A stretch of 64,000 nt of DNA from assembly GCA_041658955.1 (NCBI GenBank), contig JBAZZE010000003.1, forward strand, positions 3,842-67,841. Direction: 5' to 3'. The first letter of the stretch is position 1. The number at the start of each line of letters is the position of its first letter. This DNA is from Candidatus Shapirobacteria bacterium. Its GTDB lineage: Bacteria; Patescibacteriota; Microgenomatia; UBA12405. Shown in pieces: positions 17,645-27,600 of this stretch. The position numbers were made by a program, and so were the translations under genes. A model generated the notes under the pieces. The model saw only the letters and a program-made list of their open reading frames with translations. It ran no database searches and was not told the DNA's origin.

Positions 17645-18583
17645 ATGGAGTTGCGAAAACAACAAGCTTATATCCAACTAAAAAAAGAATTAGACGAATG
17701 CCGGGGATTGGGAACTAATTTGTTGATAATTACCTTACCAGGTACTGGTATGGGGAGAATGATAAAAGAATATGGAGTTGATGTAGGTGAAAGTAAAGCA
17801 GTAGTGATAACCGATGAGACTTCCGAATTGGGATCCTATAACCTGATAAATTTTGATTGGGCTGATACAAATACACTTAACAAGGTCGAAAAAATTTTCA
17901 AAAAGGCCAAAACTGATCAGAAAATTGCAATCACTATAAATTATCCAACCTTGTTAAACGATGATAATTTACTAAAATCGTTCTTTATAAACCATACTTA
18001 TAGAAAATACTATTTTGGTTTAAGAAGCGAGGAAGATAGCAGTCGTTTGTGTCGAGAAATAAATAGTGAACTATCTAAAGAGGAAATATCCAATATCTAT
18101 AATCTTTCTGGTGGTTTGGCCCAGCTAATAAAATACCTAGTGGTAAATGGAACTGAAAAAAAAGATGGCGCCGAAATAATATTGGCTCCGGTGGTAAGGG
18201 CAGTGGTGGGTGTATCAGAAGAAGTTTTACAAAAATTGGGGATTTGGAATAAGGAGGGGTGGAGGGGTGAACTATTAAAGGCTTACAACAAAACAGTTAA
18301 AGGTATTGATATTCAAATTAATTTTGATTTGAGCTTTGAAGAGGATGGAAAATTGAATAAGCAGAAATTAACAAAATCAGAAAAACAATTATTGGAAAAA
18401 TTCATGGTAAATAATGGAAAGTTGACCAAAGAAGAAGTATCGGATATTAAGTGGGGAGAAGGAAAATATGATGAATTTTCTGATCAAGCCATAAATAAGC
18501 AATTGAGAAGGTTGTCGGAAAAACTGTCAATTTATACAATCCAAACAATTCCAAAAGTAGGATTTATTATTAAGAAAAAATGA
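17645..18583 (+). CDS. Transcriptional regulator with C-terminal OmpR/PhoB-type winged-helix DNA-binding domain and non-receiver N-terminal domain
   Basis: The C-terminus LTKSEKQLLEKFMVNNGKLTKEEVSDIKWGEGKYDEFSDQAINKQLRRLSEKL fits the Trans_reg_C pattern (LT..E..LL......G...s.eel...vWg.......r.vdvhI..LR.Kl). The N-terminal ~230 aa has no receiver-domain Asp pocket and contains a degenerate P-loop-like ITLPGTGMGRM. The stop overlaps the next gene start (ATGA). Confidence 0.5.
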   Translation: MELRKQQAYIQLKKELDECRGLGTNLLIITLPGTGMGRMIKEYGVDVGESKAVVITDETSELGSYNLINFDWADTNTLNKVEKIFKKAKTDQKIAITINYPTLLNDDNLLKSFFINHTYRKYYFGLRSEEDSSRLCREINSELSKEEISNIYNLSGGLAQLIKYLVVNGTEKKDGAEIILAPVVRAVVGVSEEVLQKLGIWNKEGWRGELLKAYNKTVKGIDIQINFDLSFEEDGKLNKQKLTKSEKQLLEKFMVNNGKLTKEEVSDIKWGEGKYDEFSDQAINKQLRRLSEKLSIYTIQTIPKVGFIIKKK

Positions 18584-19641
18584 GCGAAGTTCAGTACACA
18601 GAAAAAGGAATGCCGTTTTTAGTACCAGAAGTTAAACTGGAAGTGGGTGAGGCCTATTTTGTGGCAGTGGAAGGGATTGATGGTTATGAACCAAATTTTT
18701 GTATATTAGGACATCGTGATAAAGATGGTAGTCCGGTGTTTTTACCTTGTTTTGAGAAGGTGGTGGATGAGAATGGAAATCCAAATGAGCTGGCTCAATC
18801 AATGGGGATAAAAAGTTTTTCGGGAAAATGGTCGTTGCCAGAAGAATTGCGCTGGGAGATTTTTTCATCATTAGATGTGGTGCCACCGGTATTGGCGGTC
18901 GATAGAGTAATGAACGATCGGGGGTCTGATGATATTGGAAAATACCCACAATCTTTTGACAGAATGCCGACGCAAATGGTTGGGGTGGTAGCACCACCAC
19001 AAACCGGTAAGACAACAATTTTAACTTCAATGGCGATGGCCAGTGCGGGGGAAAGGCAAAAAGAAAGTAGTGTGAGGTTGGTGGATATGGATGATTTTTC
19101 ACCAGAGTCATTGACGGCTACAGTGGATTGGTTAATGGAACAAGGCTATGACAAGGGGACCAATTTAATAGAACTTCACGATGCGATTTTAGCGAGATTT
19201 ACTGAGTTACAAAAAACAGGAGCACCAAGACAAGTGAATCAAGAGAGAACATTAAAAAGTAGATTGAAATCGTTGAGGGAAAGGTATAGAAGTGAAGAAA
19301 TGACTCACTTAGAAAGAGATGGTGAATTACATAAGATGAGCTGGTTAGTAGATTTGCCGGGAACAAAAAGAGCTAGTGATCGACCAGCTGACGCATTTGA
19401 CTGGTTGAGATTAGCGATGCCATGTGTGGAAGTTTTTAAAGCAGGAGAAAATCTAAATACTTGGGAGCTACTGCTTAATTTTGCTTATATAAATAAACAA
19501 ATTGATCCAATAATGAGGGACTTTGAATATATGATTGCGGACATGGAAGTGTCTTTAGTAGGAATGACTAGAGCAGAGTTGGATCAGTTGGTTATGGGAA
19601 AAATGATAACCACTGAGCGAAAATTAGTTGACGCGGAATAA
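18580..19641 (+). CDS. P-loop NTPase of unknown family (Walker A and B present)
   Basis: Walker A VVAPPQTGKTTILTS (GxxxxGKT) and Walker B-like VRLVDMDDFS, with an N-terminal ~140-aa domain of unknown type. It is translationally coupled to the upstream regulator by a 4-nt overlap. Confidence 0.5.
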   Translation: MSEVQYTEKGMPFLVPEVKLEVGEAYFVAVEGIDGYEPNFCILGHRDKDGSPVFLPCFEKVVDENGNPNELAQSMGIKSFSGKWSLPEELRWEIFSSLDVVPPVLAVDRVMNDRGSDDIGKYPQSFDRMPTQMVGVVAPPQTGKTTILTSMAMASAGERQKESSVRLVDMDDFSPESLTATVDWLMEQGYDKGTNLIELHDAILARFTELQKTGAPRQVNQERTLKSRLKSLRERYRSEEMTHLERDGELHKMSWLVDLPGTKRASDRPADAFDWLRLAMPCVEVFKAGENLNTWELLLNFAYINKQIDPIMRDFEYMIADMEVSLVGMTRAELDQLVMGKMITTERKLVDAE

Positions 19642-19643
19642 GT

Positions 19644-20474
19644 CTACTTTTGGGTTTTTCGGATCAATGAGTAGATAAAACTACCGACAAAAATTCCAAA
19701 AATTATTAGGGAAAAAGGGAGGACATAAAAGTCGGCTGACTGATTGTTGATAGTGACGGTATAAACCCCAGGCCAAAATGGAGGATGGAGAACACAAGGA
19801 ACTGGATCGTTGTTGGAAAGACAAGCAATAGATCTATCTGAATGGGCCAGGACATTGTGAGGAAATAGTTCGGTTTCGGTGACAACTTGTCCACGGTGGG
19901 TGACAGTAATTTTACCGGTAGTTTTGGCAAAATAATCTGATTCATTACTGATAATTCCGTTAATGCTAACTCGGGGAAAGAAAATATCGGTGAAACGAGG
20001 TGTCAATTTGATACTAGTTGTTTTCAGGGTTGAGGGGGGATTTTCAGTATTAGAGGTGGAGATGAGCAAATGGGAGCCAAGACGACCGGTAGCTTGACCA
20101 CCAGTACTATCAGAATTAAGTTGACCACCCAAATCTTGATTGATAAAAAAAGTGAAATAATTATCACCTTGGGGAGTGGCGGAAGTTGATTTTATTTTAA
20201 GAACTAATTGGCGATTTTCAGAGGGGCGAAGGACAAATGATTGGTTAAGACGAAGATCAGAATTGGCCAGTGAAAATTCAAAATCAGGGGAAGTGGGGAC
20301 ACCCTCGTAACTGACGGCACCATCGGTACCTCGGGGTTGCCAGGGTAGAACTGAAGCAGAGACAACTAAAGGAGAACTACTATTGTTGATGACATTGTAG
20401 GCTTGAGTCAGAGTAATTCCAGGACGAGCGATTAGTTCGACTTGGGCTGGTTTGAGGGTGGTGTTGAATGGCAT
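19644..20474 (-). CDS. DUF916-like surface anchor protein paralog (C-terminal TM); no N-terminal signal peptide in ORF
   Basis: 276 aa. N-terminal TTLKPAQVELIARPGITLTQAYNVINNSSSPLVV resembles the LEVTLKPGETVTKELKIRNES segment of the 12889..13869 protein. C-terminal TM FYVLPFSLIIFGIFVGSFIYSLI + RKTQK. It starts 2 nt after the WxL-like gene stop. Confidence 0.4.
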   Translation of the reverse strand: MPFNTTLKPAQVELIARPGITLTQAYNVINNSSSPLVVSASVLPWQPRGTDGAVSYEGVPTSPDFEFSLANSDLRLNQSFVLRPSENRQLVLKIKSTSATPQGDNYFTFFINQDLGGQLNSDSTGGQATGRLGSHLLISTSNTENPPSTLKTTSIKLTPRFTDIFFPRVSINGIISNESDYFAKTTGKITVTHRGQVVTETELFPHNVLAHSDRSIACLSNNDPVPCVLHPPFWPGVYTVTINNQSADFYVLPFSLIIFGIFVGSFIYSLIRKTQK

Positions 20475-20476
20475 AT

Positions 20477-21211
20477 TTAGTAATTGGGTACAGCAGTAAA
20501 AATGATAGCGGATTGATAACTACCGGCAGCTTGAGTGGTGGAAATATTGGTTTTGTACGAAACCCGGGCGGAATGATTTTGAACAGGGACTGTTTCAGAC
20601 ATGGCCACTTTTCCGGTGGATGAGAAAGGTCGGTAAGCAGTAGAGCTACCAAAATAACCACTGGTACCAATATTGGTGGCAACTCCACTAGTATTAATAC
20701 CAATGACGTTATATCCAAAACCGTAAATTGACGCAGAAGTCCAAGTCTTGGCAGAGGTGGCAGTACAGTTTCCCAAGTCGCACCTAGTGTCAGGAATAGT
20801 GGTGCCAGAAGTTAGGGCAAGGGGGTGATTGTATTGGGTAAGGATTTGGTAGCCGTGACCAGAAGGTGTAGAGATGGTAATGATATTGGTAGCGGTAGAA
20901 GCGACGCCAGCAGTGAGAGTGCCTAGATTTATATCAAGGTTATCGATAACAAATGATAATTGATTAAAGGTTTCGTAAATATATTGAAAACCTGATTTGA
21001 CCTTATAACCGGCACTTTGGTAGGGTCCGGGAGCGTTTTGACCGACAGTGTCAGTCAATGAATAATTGGTTGAAACTTTTTTACCGGAGGTGATATTAAA
21101 ATTGCCCCAATCGATGATGTAGGAGGCAGAAGTAAAGTGCTGAGCTAGAGCTTTGGGGGAGACCAAAAACAAATAAACGATAACTAGAATGAGAAAACTA
21201 ATTTTCTTCAT
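20477..21211 (-). CDS. Secreted WxL-like surface protein paralog
   Basis: 244 aa. Signal peptide MKKISFLILVIVYLFLVSPKALA. Gly/Thr-rich beta-like body. C-terminus ...YRPFSSTGKVAMSETVPVQNHSARVSYKTNISTTQAAGSYQSAIIFTAVPNY is homologous to the 13871..15355 C-terminus. Confidence 0.45.
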   Translation of the reverse strand: MKKISFLILVIVYLFLVSPKALAQHFTSASYIIDWGNFNITSGKKVSTNYSLTDTVGQNAPGPYQSAGYKVKSGFQYIYETFNQLSFVIDNLDINLGTLTAGVASTATNIITISTPSGHGYQILTQYNHPLALTSGTTIPDTRCDLGNCTATSAKTWTSASIYGFGYNVIGINTSGVATNIGTSGYFGSSTAYRPFSSTGKVAMSETVPVQNHSARVSYKTNISTTQAAGSYQSAIIFTAVPNY

Positions 21212-21854
21212 CTTCGGAACTAATTTCGGTAGTTAATTTCTGGGACGAGTTGAGAAGAGAGTGAGCGCTATCTTTGATTTTTTTAATTTGAGTTTTTTGG
21301 GTATAGGTTAGGGGTGAACTTTGAAGCTGGGAAGCAAGGTCAATTATAGTAGTAATACCAGTTTTGAATTTTAGATTAATCCAGAGCAGGAAGTCGGTTT
21401 CATCACGGGCAATAGTATTTATAGACTTGGTAGCAGAGGCGGATTCCCGACTGACCAACCAAACTAGGGGAGTAATAAAAAGGAGAGAAGTGAGGGAAAG
21501 TAGAGAAGAAGGATTACTCAAGGTTTGACCAAGGAGTAGGACTAGGACTAATGAAAAAAGAAGCGAAAAAATAGGGGAAATAGTGAAGGAAGCTGAAAAA
21601 AGTAAAAAATAGATTAAAAAGTAAAATGGTGAGGTAAGCCCACCGGTAGTAAAGACAATAAGAGAAGCAACCAGAGAAATTAGAGGGACAGTAGAAAGAT
21701 TAAGGCGGTTAAATAGGATAAAAAGTATGACTGATAAGGCTATTAATTGGGGTGCGTAATGAGATAAGGAAGTTAGAGAAATAACAAAGGCAACTACCGG
21801 AGAGAGAAAGAGGAGAAATAAGGTAGGATTTCTTTGCATATACCAGTTTAGCAT
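21198..21854 (-). CDS. Polytopic membrane protein (5-6 TM) of unknown function, first gene of WxL-like trio
   Basis: 218 aa with multiple hydrophobic helices and a C-terminal soluble, acidic tail. It overlaps the downstream WxL-like gene by 14 nt. Confidence 0.45.
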   Translation of the reverse strand: MLNWYMQRNPTLFLLFLSPVVAFVISLTSLSHYAPQLIALSVILFILFNRLNLSTVPLISLVASLIVFTTGGLTSPFYFLIYFLLFSASFTISPIFSLLFSLVLVLLLGQTLSNPSSLLSLTSLLFITPLVWLVSRESASATKSINTIARDETDFLLWINLKFKTGITTIIDLASQLQSSPLTYTQKTQIKKIKDSAHSLLNSSQKLTTEISSEDEEN

Positions 21855-21873
21855 TTTAGAGTATATTGGTAAT

Positions 21874-22518
21874 GTGTACGAAAACTCACAAAAGTTTGGA
21901 GTTATGGACGGAATGTTGGCAGTTGGTTTGGCGTTGATTACAGTTGGTGTAGGACTGGGAATTAAGTCAAAAGTTGATAAAACTAAGGTGGAATTAATTA
22001 AGGGTAAAGAGGCAGAAACTGTTACACAAGGTTATAATAAAGTAACCTTTGATATATCAGGTGAGGTGCTAAAACCAGGGGTTTATCGGTTAAGTGGAGA
22101 TTCTAGGATTAGCGATGCGATGGTGGTTGCGGGAGGATTGTCAGCAAATGCGGATAGAGATTGGGTGGAGAAAAATATCAATCGAGCCAAAAGAATAAAT
22201 GATGGGGAGAAAATTTATATTCCTAAAAAATCTGCAAACTTTGATCTTCAAACTTCAAACCAAATATCAAACAACAAAACAAAAGAAATTATTAAAACAG
22301 AACAGGTATTGGGAAGCATGAGCGGTGGGGTGATAAATATAAATATTGCAGGTGTCGAGGAACTTGATAAATTAGAAGGAGTAGGGCCGTCAATCGCTGC
22401 TAAAATAATTGAATATCGCGTAAAAAATGGGGGTTTTCGAAATATTAATGAATTGAAATTAGTTTCAGGAATTGGGGATAAAATGTTCGAAAAATTTAAA
22501 GATAAAGTGGGAATATGA
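21874..22518 (+). CDS. comEA: Competence protein ComEA (TM + SLBB + helix-hairpin-helix DNA-binding)
   Basis: N-terminal TM. SLBB-like VTFDISGEVLKPGVYRLSGDSRISDAMVVAGGL...GEKIYIP. C-terminal HhH pair INIAGVEELDKLEGVGPSIAAKIIEYRVKNGGFRNINELKLVSGIGDKMFEKF. Confidence 0.8.
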   Translation: MYENSQKFGVMDGMLAVGLALITVGVGLGIKSKVDKTKVELIKGKEAETVTQGYNKVTFDISGEVLKPGVYRLSGDSRISDAMVVAGGLSANADRDWVEKNINRAKRINDGEKIYIPKKSANFDLQTSNQISNNKTKEIIKTEQVLGSMSGGVININIAGVEELDKLEGVGPSIAAKIIEYRVKNGGFRNINELKLVSGIGDKMFEKFKDKVGI

Positions 22519-23510
22519 AATGGAGGCGAGTGGTTTTCGTAATGTTTTTTACTTGGTTTTTGATATTTGGCAGTAAATCAAAAATGTTGGGGGTAATAAA
22601 TGATTGCCTTCCATATAAAGAAGCGGGACTATTATCTGGAATAATCTTGGGAGATAAGACAGATTTTCCAAAAGATTTTGAAACTCAATTAATTAATAGC
22701 GGACTAATTCATCTAGTGGTGGTGTCGGGTAGTAATGTGATGTTGTTGATAGGAGGTGTGATAGAGAATTTGGCGTCATGGGTGGGGCGGAAGTGGGCCA
22801 TAATTTTTGGATTGGTGTTGGGGTGGAAGTATGCAATAATGGTCGGTTGGGAGGTGCCGATAGTGCGGGCGACGTTACTGCTGTCGATCATGTATTTTGC
22901 GCAACTTGTGGGGAGAAAATATAATTTGGTTAGGGGACTTCTGCTGTCAGTTTTAATAATGATAGTTGGTGAACCAAGGGTAATAGCCAGTGTCAGTTTT
23001 TGGCTATCGATAATGGCGTTTTTGGGAGTAATTACTGCCAAAAAATTTATGCTAACAAATCCAATTATTTTTCCGGTGGCGAGGTCTGCTTTGGTGACTT
23101 GTGCCAGAGGTGGATTTCGCTTCACTTTAGATAAAGTTATTAGAGAAATTCTTCAATCATTTAGGGAAACTGTTTGGATAATGATTTGGATTACACCGAT
23201 CTTAGCGCAAATATTTGGAAAAATAAGCTTAATATCGCCACTAACCAATGTCTTGGTTTTGGGATTGGTAGGGGTAGTGAGCGTGGTGGGAGCGATGGGG
23301 ATTATATTGGGGATGTGGTGGTTAACTTTGGGAAAAATGGTATTGTGGCTAACAATTCCGACTTTAAGTTATTTACGAAAGGTGGCAGAGTGGGGTGGGG
23401 GAAGTAGTGGATTAGAGATTGAATTTAATTGGTGGATTTTAGCGGGATATTATTTGATTTTAGGTTATTGGTTAATTAAAAAAAAGAAACATAATATCGA
23501 TTTCTTGTAA
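22515..23510 (+). CDS. comEC: ComEC/Rec2 competence (DNA channel) domain - N-terminal half of a split ComEC
   Basis: Signature GLIHLVVVSGSNVMLL (compare GLSHLLAISGLHV of the ComEC Competence domain). Multiple TM helices. A 4-nt overlap with comEA. The ORF ends immediately before intergenic repeat elements. Confidence 0.7.
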   Translation: MKWRRVVFVMFFTWFLIFGSKSKMLGVINDCLPYKEAGLLSGIILGDKTDFPKDFETQLINSGLIHLVVVSGSNVMLLIGGVIENLASWVGRKWAIIFGLVLGWKYAIMVGWEVPIVRATLLLSIMYFAQLVGRKYNLVRGLLLSVLIMIVGEPRVIASVSFWLSIMAFLGVITAKKFMLTNPIIFPVARSALVTCARGGFRFTLDKVIREILQSFRETVWIMIWITPILAQIFGKISLISPLTNVLVLGLVGVVSVVGAMGIILGMWWLTLGKMVLWLTIPTLSYLRKVAEWGGGSSGLEIEFNWWILAGYYLILGYWLIKKKKHNIDFL

Positions 23511-23580
23511 CCATTTTTTATTGTCGAGAATGAATGTGCGACGCACGTTCAAACAGACAATAAAAAAGATTACTGCGAAC
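23502..23580. repeat. REP-like hairpin element, copy A
   Basis: TTCTTGTAACCATTTTTTATTGTCGAGAATGAATGTGCGACGCACGTTCAAACAGACAATAAAAAAGATTACTGCGAAC. Nested inverted repeats TTATTGTC/GACAATAA, TGAA/TTCA and GTGCG/CGCAC. Both ends are A/T runs. Confidence 0.7.
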
Positions 23581-23603
23581 TCGCTATTTGTAACAAATAT
23601 TTT

Positions 23604-23786
23604 CAAACTCAAACACATTTCCTCCGTGGACCGATAATCGGGCTAGCAAGGTTAACTGAAACCACCACATCATTTTTAAGTCGAACCGATAGTCTGCCGA
23701 CTTGAATGATCCCATGCGCACGTCCGGCAGCTATCTGCATTCTCGTCGGCTACCAACCGAAAACAAGCCGACTGCGAAAACTTCTT
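23604..23786 (+). ncRNA. Conserved structured intergenic element B, copy 1 (candidate ncRNA or cis-regulatory RNA)
   Basis: Shares two blocks with 47205..47336: AAACTCAAA(C/G)ACATTTCCTCCGTGGACCGATAATCGG, and CATCTGCATTCTC-[hairpin]-TGCGAAAAC(T/C)TC. The hairpin is GTCGGCT...AGCCGAC here and GAAGACC...GGTCTTC in copy 2, which are compensatory substitutions. Confidence 0.45.
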
Positions 23787-23820
23787 TTAAAAACGATATG
23801 GTGTTTTCAAATAAATACAA

Positions 23821-24606
23821 ATGAAATATAAGTGGTGGCTGATAACTAGCTTAGTAGTTTTATTGTTAATGGTGTGGCAATTCAACCGTGATACTGGGGT
23901 GAAGGTGGTGTTTTGTGATGTAGGACAAGGCGATGGGGCGTTGATAATAAGCGGTAGTTTTCAGATGTTGATTGATGTTGGTGGTGGTAATCAGAAAATG
24001 CTCCAGTGTTTATCGAGGCACTTGCCGTTTTGGGATAAAACTATAGAAACAGTGGTAATTAGCCACTGGGATGCGGATCATAGTGGCGGACTACCAGGTA
24101 TTTATCGTTATTATAAGATTGAAAAACTATATAGTAATCAACTGTCGTCGGGGGACGGTGAACAAAAATTTTACCCAACTAAAGTATCAGAAAATGATGT
24201 CATTAGATTTGATGGGATAGATTTTGAAATACTTAATAAAGTAGTTGAAGGTGGCGACCCAAATGAAAATTCACTAATCGGAGTACTTAGTTATAAGGAT
24301 AAAAAAATATTAATGATGGGAGACGCTACTAGCGAAGCTGAACAAAGATTGGTGTGGCAAGGAATCCTTCGACAAGCTCAGGATGGAAAAGGAATAGATA
24401 TTTTAAAAATAAGTCATCACGGATCGGATAGGGCGACTTCGCCAGAATTACTTGATGAGGTCAACCCAGAAATGGCGATAATTTCAGTGGGTAAAGATAA
24501 TAAATTTGGTCACCCAGCAAAAACGGTAATAAAAAGACTGGAAGAGAGGGGTATAAAAATCAATAGAACCGATAATATGGGAGATGTAACGGTTACATAT
24601 GAATGA
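23821..24606 (+). CDS. ComEC C-terminal metallo-beta-lactamase-fold domain encoded as separate ORF
   Basis: N-terminal TM. Motifs VVFCDVGQGDGALII, ISHWDADHSGG (HxHxDH-type), LMMGDATSEAEQ, ISHHGSDRATS and NKFGHPAKTVIKRL, typical of the ComEC Lactamase_B domain. Confidence 0.65.
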   Translation: MKYKWWLITSLVVLLLMVWQFNRDTGVKVVFCDVGQGDGALIISGSFQMLIDVGGGNQKMLQCLSRHLPFWDKTIETVVISHWDADHSGGLPGIYRYYKIEKLYSNQLSSGDGEQKFYPTKVSENDVIRFDGIDFEILNKVVEGGDPNENSLIGVLSYKDKKILMMGDATSEAEQRLVWQGILRQAQDGKGIDILKISHHGSDRATSPELLDEVNPEMAIISVGKDNKFGHPAKTVIKRLEERGIKINRTDNMGDVTVTYE

Positions 24607-24674
24607 AATTGGTTGTATATATAGAGAAAAAAGTGTAAATTTAATATAGAAAAGTTGTAATTAATAAATCAAAA

Positions 24675-27600
24675 GTGCTGCTTCTTAAAAGACCAGTTTT
24701 AATGGGGGTTGTATTAGGGGTCTTTTTAGGGAGCCTTGTAGGTTGGGGGTGGTGGAGAGTATCGACTAAGGTTGAAGCAACAGATCGGACAATCACCAGT
24801 CGAGCTGATTTTGATCAAGGTTTGTTTGATAATACTGAAAGTAAAAGTAAGGAAGGAGAACTGAGACTAAAAGCCGGTGGTACTTGGGGAGCAAGGGTAT
24901 GGCAGATGCCAAAGGTAGGGATGACCAACCAAACAGGAATTGTCTCCGATGGAACCCACTTGTATATGTTGGCTGGTCAGGATAGGTATTTTGCTAAATA
25001 CATTCCAAATGAAGATCGATGGCAACAATTGGCCAATGCGCCACATGCTGCCTCGGTGGGGACTGATTTGGTGGTTGAGGGTGATTATATTTATGCAATT
25101 TTTGGGTCTTACACTAAGAACTTCAGTCGATACACGATCTCGACTGATACTTGGGTGAATATGGATGATGCCCCAGATTTGCTATACGATGGAGCTAGTT
25201 TGGGAACGGATGGAACCTATATTTATCTACTACGAGGGTCGTATACATCAGATTATTGGCGGTATAATCCATCAAATAATACATGGCTTAGTCTAGCGGC
25301 TCCACCAGCGACGATTGGAAGGGGGGCTAGCCTTTCATATAAGAATGGTTATTTTTATACGCCTAGAGGTGATTCAAACTTATTTTACAAATATGAAGTT
25401 GCCACAAATTTGTGGACTACTTTGCCAAATATACCGGCACCAAGTATCTCATATGCAGCTCACAACTCGGATATATTTGGAAATGCTTTGTATTACAACT
25501 TGGACTATGGGACGACAGCTTTTTACAAATTTGATTTGGGAACTACGTCTTGGTCAACACTACCGGGCTTGCCATGGCCATCTTATTACGTGGGTTTGGT
25601 GGGGGTGGGTGACACGGCTACTGGTCATGTATATGTTTTTCGAGGAAATGGTTCAGTCGATTTTTGGAAATATAATCCACGGACAAATAGTTTTGAGGGT
25701 TCGGTGGACACACCGAATGCTCCTAGTACAGGAGCAGACTTGCTTTATGATGGAAATTATCTGTATTTAAACCGAGGGGCAAATTCGACGAATATGTATC
25801 GGTACCAAATTGGAGGAACCTGGAAAACAATGGCAGATGCGCCGGCTGCTATGGGTGATGACACTAAAGGAATACAGGCTGGAGGATCGTTTTATTATAT
25901 TCGAGGGTCGGGGACGACTGCATTTTTTAAATTTGATCCGGCGATTGGGGCTAACGGGACTTGGACATCGATGTTGGGTACACCGGCCACAGCCAACTAC
26001 GGGGCGTCAGTAGTTTATCCAGGTAGTGGTAATTATATGTACGCAACCAGAGGTGCTTTGACACGAACTTTTTGGAGATACACAATTGGGGCAGGGGAAA
26101 CGTGGAGTGACGCGGCGGCGGCTGACTTACCAGATAATGCTGAAGCTGGGTATGGAGCTAGACTGGCGAGTGATGGAACAGATATCTATTACATGCCAGG
26201 AAGTGGAATGAGCAAACTTTATAAATACACTATCGGAACAACAACTTGGTCAGAAATTTCTGACATTCCCTTTTCGCCTTACTATGGGTCAGATATAAGC
26301 TACTATAACGGCAAATTGTACTTTTTGGCGGGTTACTATAAACCAGACTTTTGGGAATATACCATCGCCACCTCATCATGGAGAAGATTGGCGCCAACTC
26401 AAGATTATGGAGCCACAGAGATTGGTCCTTGGGCTGGTGCATCAATTGAATCATTGGGTAATGGTACTTTTTATGTAATTTTAGGAAATGGGGTGACAAG
26501 ACTTTTGACCTATACCGTAGATGCAAACAATTACCCAGTAAGTGGTGGGTGGACTAGTAAAGCCTTAGATTTATCATATGTAGCTTCGTGGAGTGGTCTG
26601 TCAATACAATCTTCACTGCCAGGAGACTCGTCAATTAGCTGGACAAGTCGAAGTAGTAGCGATCAAATAACTTGGAGTGACTGGATTGCTGGAGTGGGGA
26701 GTAGCATTGGGAGTCCGGTGGGAAGGTATCTTCAAGTTGGAGTAACCTTGGTATCGACGAGTGATCGGACAAATACGCCAAAGTTACTAGATATTCAAGT
26801 AAGTTATATTGGTGATACTGGAGTACCGACTAATCCATCAACGGTGGTGGGGGTGTCACAACAAGTATCGGGAGTGGGTCTGACATCGGCAGAAAGTTAT
26901 GGTTACCAAGCACCATATTTTAGTTGGAGCGGTGCGACTGACACTCAGACTTCAATTGCCGGATACTATGTTTATTTTGGAACTGGATCAAGTGCTTCAC
27001 CGGTGACCGAGGGAAATTATCAAACTGCGAGCAACTATCTAGTGACTACACCAATGGATCAGACGACTTACTATTTGAGATTGGTGACAGTTGATTCTGC
27101 TGGTAATAATTCAGCGGCAACTACAGCTTTTGTTTACACCTACAATGGAATTGCACCACCGATTACGATAACAAAGACAACTACAGCAGACTTTGGAGTG
27201 GGAACTACCAGCGCCGTGGATGTAAGTGGTGACAAGATAAAACTACAAGGTAAAGCAGGTTTTTGGGAGCAAGAGAGAATAAGCAGCCTGCCTGCAGGGA
27301 TATATTTAGGTGGTGACATGGCTTACAAAAGTAGCACTAATAAAATCTATTTATTTAGAGGCTACAATTCGAATACTTTTTATATTTATGACTTGACTAC
27401 CAATACAGTATCGGTGGGTCCGACAGCGCCAGGGGCAGTGTATTATGGTGGAGGTATGGTGGAAGGACCGGGTAATTACTTATATGCTATGAAAGGCTTA
27501 GTAACCAATTCTTTCTGGAGATTTGATGTGGGGACAACTACCTGGTCAGATGTAGCAGCGGCTGATTTACCACAGACTATATCGTATGGAGGATCGCTGG

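Noticed and set aside
23604-23786. Element B as RNase P RNA, SRP RNA, tmRNA or 6S RNA
   Set aside because: None of the hallmark motifs (RNase P P4 AGGAAAGUCCGGGC, SRP domain IV GGAAGCAGCC, tmRNA GGGGCUGAUUCUGGAUUCGAC or a tag ORF) are present. It is kept as an unclassified structured element.
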